Positions 61,701 through 64,000 of a DNA stretch of 64,000 bases are shown here, in pieces. The DNA lies in the NCBI GenBank assembly GCA_002633005.1, contig NMRA01000083.1:897161-961160 (forward strand), given 5' to 3'. This stretch comes from Phoronis australis. Taxonomy: Eukaryota; Animalia; Phoronida. The position numbers and the translations under genes are program-made. Position 1 is the first letter of the stretch; every line of letters begins with the position of its first letter. Under the pieces are notes generated by a model. The model made no database searches. It worked only from the letters and a program-made list of their open reading frames with translations, and had not been told where the DNA came from.

Positions 61701-61908
61701 CATTTTTATTCGTCAGTAACTGACGGCATTGCAACATCTATTTGATTTCAATATTAGATTACATTGCGCTAATCATTCCAAAGAACGATTTACTTTCAGA
61801 GTTCACACAGCAGGGACCTCTGTTGGAACAGGTGATAAATACAACGTTGACCACGGGAATCCAGCACGTGACAATAGATGGGAAACACTTTTTGATCGTG
61901 GTTCAAGG
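52352..61908 (+). CDS. Gene B (5' part, 3 exons visible; probably continues beyond the window): paralog of gene A
   Basis: Exons 52352-52723, 55113-55215 and 61800-61908 are homologous to gene A exons 1-3, with identical intron phases (0, 1, 2) and open frames. Confidence 0.87.
55113..55215 (+). CDS. Gene B exon 2: Cys-rich module
   Basis: Long polypyrimidine tract ...ttattag| ENTLKRCTTTRQCTDIPYCQGECKDGYNYECRET |gtaggc; phase 0-1. Confidence 0.88.
55820..56380 (+). mobile_element. Possible decayed DNA-transposon ORF fragment (K/R-rich N-terminal region)
   Basis: Basic low-complexity ORFs 55825-56088 and 56138-56380; no catalytic motif seen. Confidence 0.3.
57629..59362. mobile_element. ~1.7-kb non-autonomous Tc1/mariner-type DNA transposon
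   Basis: TA|CCGTAAAAGTTCGGGT ... ACCCGAACGTTTACGG|TA terminal inverted repeats with TA target duplication; subterminal GGGCG(G/C)TTAA repeats at both ends. Confidence 0.8.
59438..60075 (+). mobile_element. Second Penelope-like fragment (different family; GIY-YIG plus pLTR)
   Basis: LNVIIYYQNIKSRHLVMKNKP...NVVYHFT, then YIGHTMCSLSRRLSMHL; hammerhead-like motif downstream. Confidence 0.8.
59962..60008 (+). ncRNA. Minimal hammerhead ribozyme-like motif (PLE-associated)
   Basis: CTGATGA-T-GAGAC..GTCTC-GAAA-TATA; stem I is weak. Confidence 0.55.
60829..61088 (+). mobile_element. MITE, CATGCGC-ended family
   Basis: Termini CATGCGCGCACTCAG / CTGGGTGCGTGCATA; internal homology to 62113-62392. Confidence 0.75.
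61800..61908 (+). CDS. Gene B exon 3: EAR repeat 1
   Basis: tactttcag| EFTQQGPLLEQVINTTLTTGIQHVTIDGKHFLIVVQG |gtgagt; 28/37 aa identical to gene A exon 3. Confidence 0.92.
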
Positions 61909-62112
61909 GTGAGTTGCGGACCTAGCTAGTGCGCAGTTGTGCCCACAAGAAAACACTTCGCGTGTACTATTTTGCACATGGGCCAAAAAGTAAAAAGCTA
62001 GTGATTAGGTAAGATCTAGCGAGAAATCTATCGCATACGAGATACATCATATTTCATCAGGCCGCTCTCTTCCGGAACTAAAAATTCAGACAATCAAGTA
62101 CTATTGATAGAA

Positions 62113-62392
62113 CATGCGCGCATCCAGCCTAAATTCTAGGGAGGCTCGAATGTTTTGGTATGTAGACCTTTTACTGAAAAAAGGCAACGAGGACTAAAAA
62201 GAAACAAAAAAACGGGGTACTAAGTTCAGACCTATGAATTGTGCATTCGCGCCGAATTCCTGTGTGTACTTTCGTCTCGTTTTCTCGGACTTTTTTCTCT
62301 GAGACGGACCTTTTTGCCCACTTCGCCAAATGGAGGGCTCGTTCAAGCCCGCCGAGCCCTCTCCCCTCCCCCCTCCCCTGGGTGTGCGCATG
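62113..62392 (-). mobile_element. MITE, CATGCGC-ended family (opposite orientation)
   Basis: TIRs CATGCGCGCATCCAG / CTGGGTGTGCGCATG. Confidence 0.78.
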
Positions 62393-63599
62393 TAAAAGTG
62401 TTGTTAATTAAGAGTTATTTATCAGAAAATTCACTACTGAGCTTTCAGTCGAAAAGTAGACGATTAGTTAGCCCGATCTGCCCGCAAGAGAAATCAGCTT
62501 TGTATATAAGTTAAATGCAGTTCGGTTTCTGGCTGTATTAACTTCCTTATTTGAATGCCACATGAGTTGACTAGCCTTATAGGTGTCGCTTCAAATTTAA
62601 GAAAGGCTGCAGAGAATACATAAAAAATACATCGTCTGTTTGTAATTTTGTTATTGTTCTGTACAAAGTAAATTATTCTAAGATCTCTGTAAGCTGTACA
62701 GTGTGTAGGATATGTTTGCATCAGGACTTTGCATTCACTACAAACTTACGGTCAGCGCAGTTTTGGCGTAGAGTAAGCTTTTGGTGATGATGCCGTTAAC
62801 AGATGGACGTCAATGTTGTTAAACGTAAAAGCTAGTTATATTGTTGAGGCCACCACTATGTGCCCTTGTTGGGAGTGCCAGGCGTGCTTACTCATTTCTG
62901 ACCACTTGCAATTCAGAAAGCATTGGAATTGTGTTGAGACATGTTTATGGCTAAAACTGAGAATCTCCAAGACAACGCGCGTGCTAACTTCACAAGGCAG
63001 GTCATTCACTGCTCGTTCACTGGGCGACCGAATTGCATTTACATAAATGTAATAACCCAACCCCAAACCTGTTCTTAGCAGAGACTAGACCTTTCCGGTC
63101 GAATCTGGCTCATGGTTGGTCACAGAAATGACGTCGGGTAACTTATAGCCTGGCAGAAAAGGCGAACCCTCCCACCAAGGACAAATATCGGTCCCCTTCT
63201 CCTCTACACGTGAATTTCTAAATAATGAAGTTAATGCAGTTATAAACTTAGTGGAATTTTCGTATTCCATGAAGCCGACTGCGCGGTGCAGGCCGGAACG
63301 AGGCTAAAGCCAACACACTGATAATAGTCACAGTTATCTCCACATGTAATCAAATGCGGTATTTTTAGATGAAGAAAGCATTTCATTATCTTGTAATATC
63401 AGACGTCAAAAGCAATGCCAAGTATTAATTCATTGTTTCTGATAACTTTGTTCCATTTTTCTGCTTCTTTTACTCGAACTATTTATGAGAGGACTCACCA
63501 TGAAATGTCGATTTTTACGACAAGTTGTTTGGTATTTTTTGATGAGCCGATTCGTGGTCTCGCCGCCTGAACAAACTGTGCAACGTGAACTACTTTTAA

Positions 63600-63814
63600 T
63601 GAGCGCACCCCCACCGTTCGTTTGGCGAAGTGGGCAAAAAGGTCCGCCTCAGAGAAAACCAGAAAAAGTCCACTAAAAAGTAAAAACTACCAAAATTCGG
63701 CGACCGCACAATTCCCAGCTCTGAACGTACCTCGTTTTGTTTTGTTTTTTTTTTAGTAAAAGGTCCACATTTTCAAAAATTCGAGACCCCATTTTTAGGC
63801 TGGGTGCGCACATG
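63600..63814 (+). mobile_element. MITE, CATGCGC-ended family (internally deleted copy)
   Basis: TTTGGCGAAGTGGGCAAAAAGGTCCGCCTCAGAGAAAA...GGCTGGGTGCGCACATG. Confidence 0.72.
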
Positions 63815-64000
63815 CTTTTGCGCAGGTTTTTGTTTGCGATACGAGTAAGACAATGCACGTTATTGTGGGATTACGTAATAAATGAGCTTGTAAGACAAAT
63901 TCATTGTTGTGAGGTGCACCACGTACGTGTAATATTATATGGTTGCAGTTATTAAAACGTTTTGTTTGTTTGAAATGTAGGCGCGATTGCGTATCCACCT

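Overview
AT-rich, repeat-dense eukaryotic (most likely marine invertebrate) genomic DNA with one 373-N assembly gap; the organism cannot be determined from the sequence. The main feature, which the ORF track shows only in fragments, is a complete 22-exon gene on the minus strand (ATG 45235 to TAA 10244). Spliced by hand it gives a 3519-nt CDS, about 1172 aa. It encodes a predicted secreted protein: signal peptide, PAN/apple-like domain, small Cys-rich module, 4 EAR/EPTP repeats, 3 FA58C (discoidin) domains, a LamG/pentraxin-like domain and 3 more EAR repeats. This reads as a seven-bladed EAR beta-propeller split 4+3 by a phase-1-flanked lectin-like cassette. A paralog starts head-to-head on the plus strand (ATG 52352; three exons visible). 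The two genes share a 178-bp block that is about 98% identical despite divergence elsewhere, suggesting gene conversion. Introns and intergenic DNA hold a hAT transposase remnant, several LINE remnants (one 2.65-kb copy nested in an older repeat), two Penelope-like GIY-YIG fragments with minimal hammerhead ribozymes, a near-perfect 300-bp hairpin made of inverted Penelope pLTRs, tRNA-derived SINEs and several MITE/foldback elements. All domain calls come from motif recognition by eye, not database searches.
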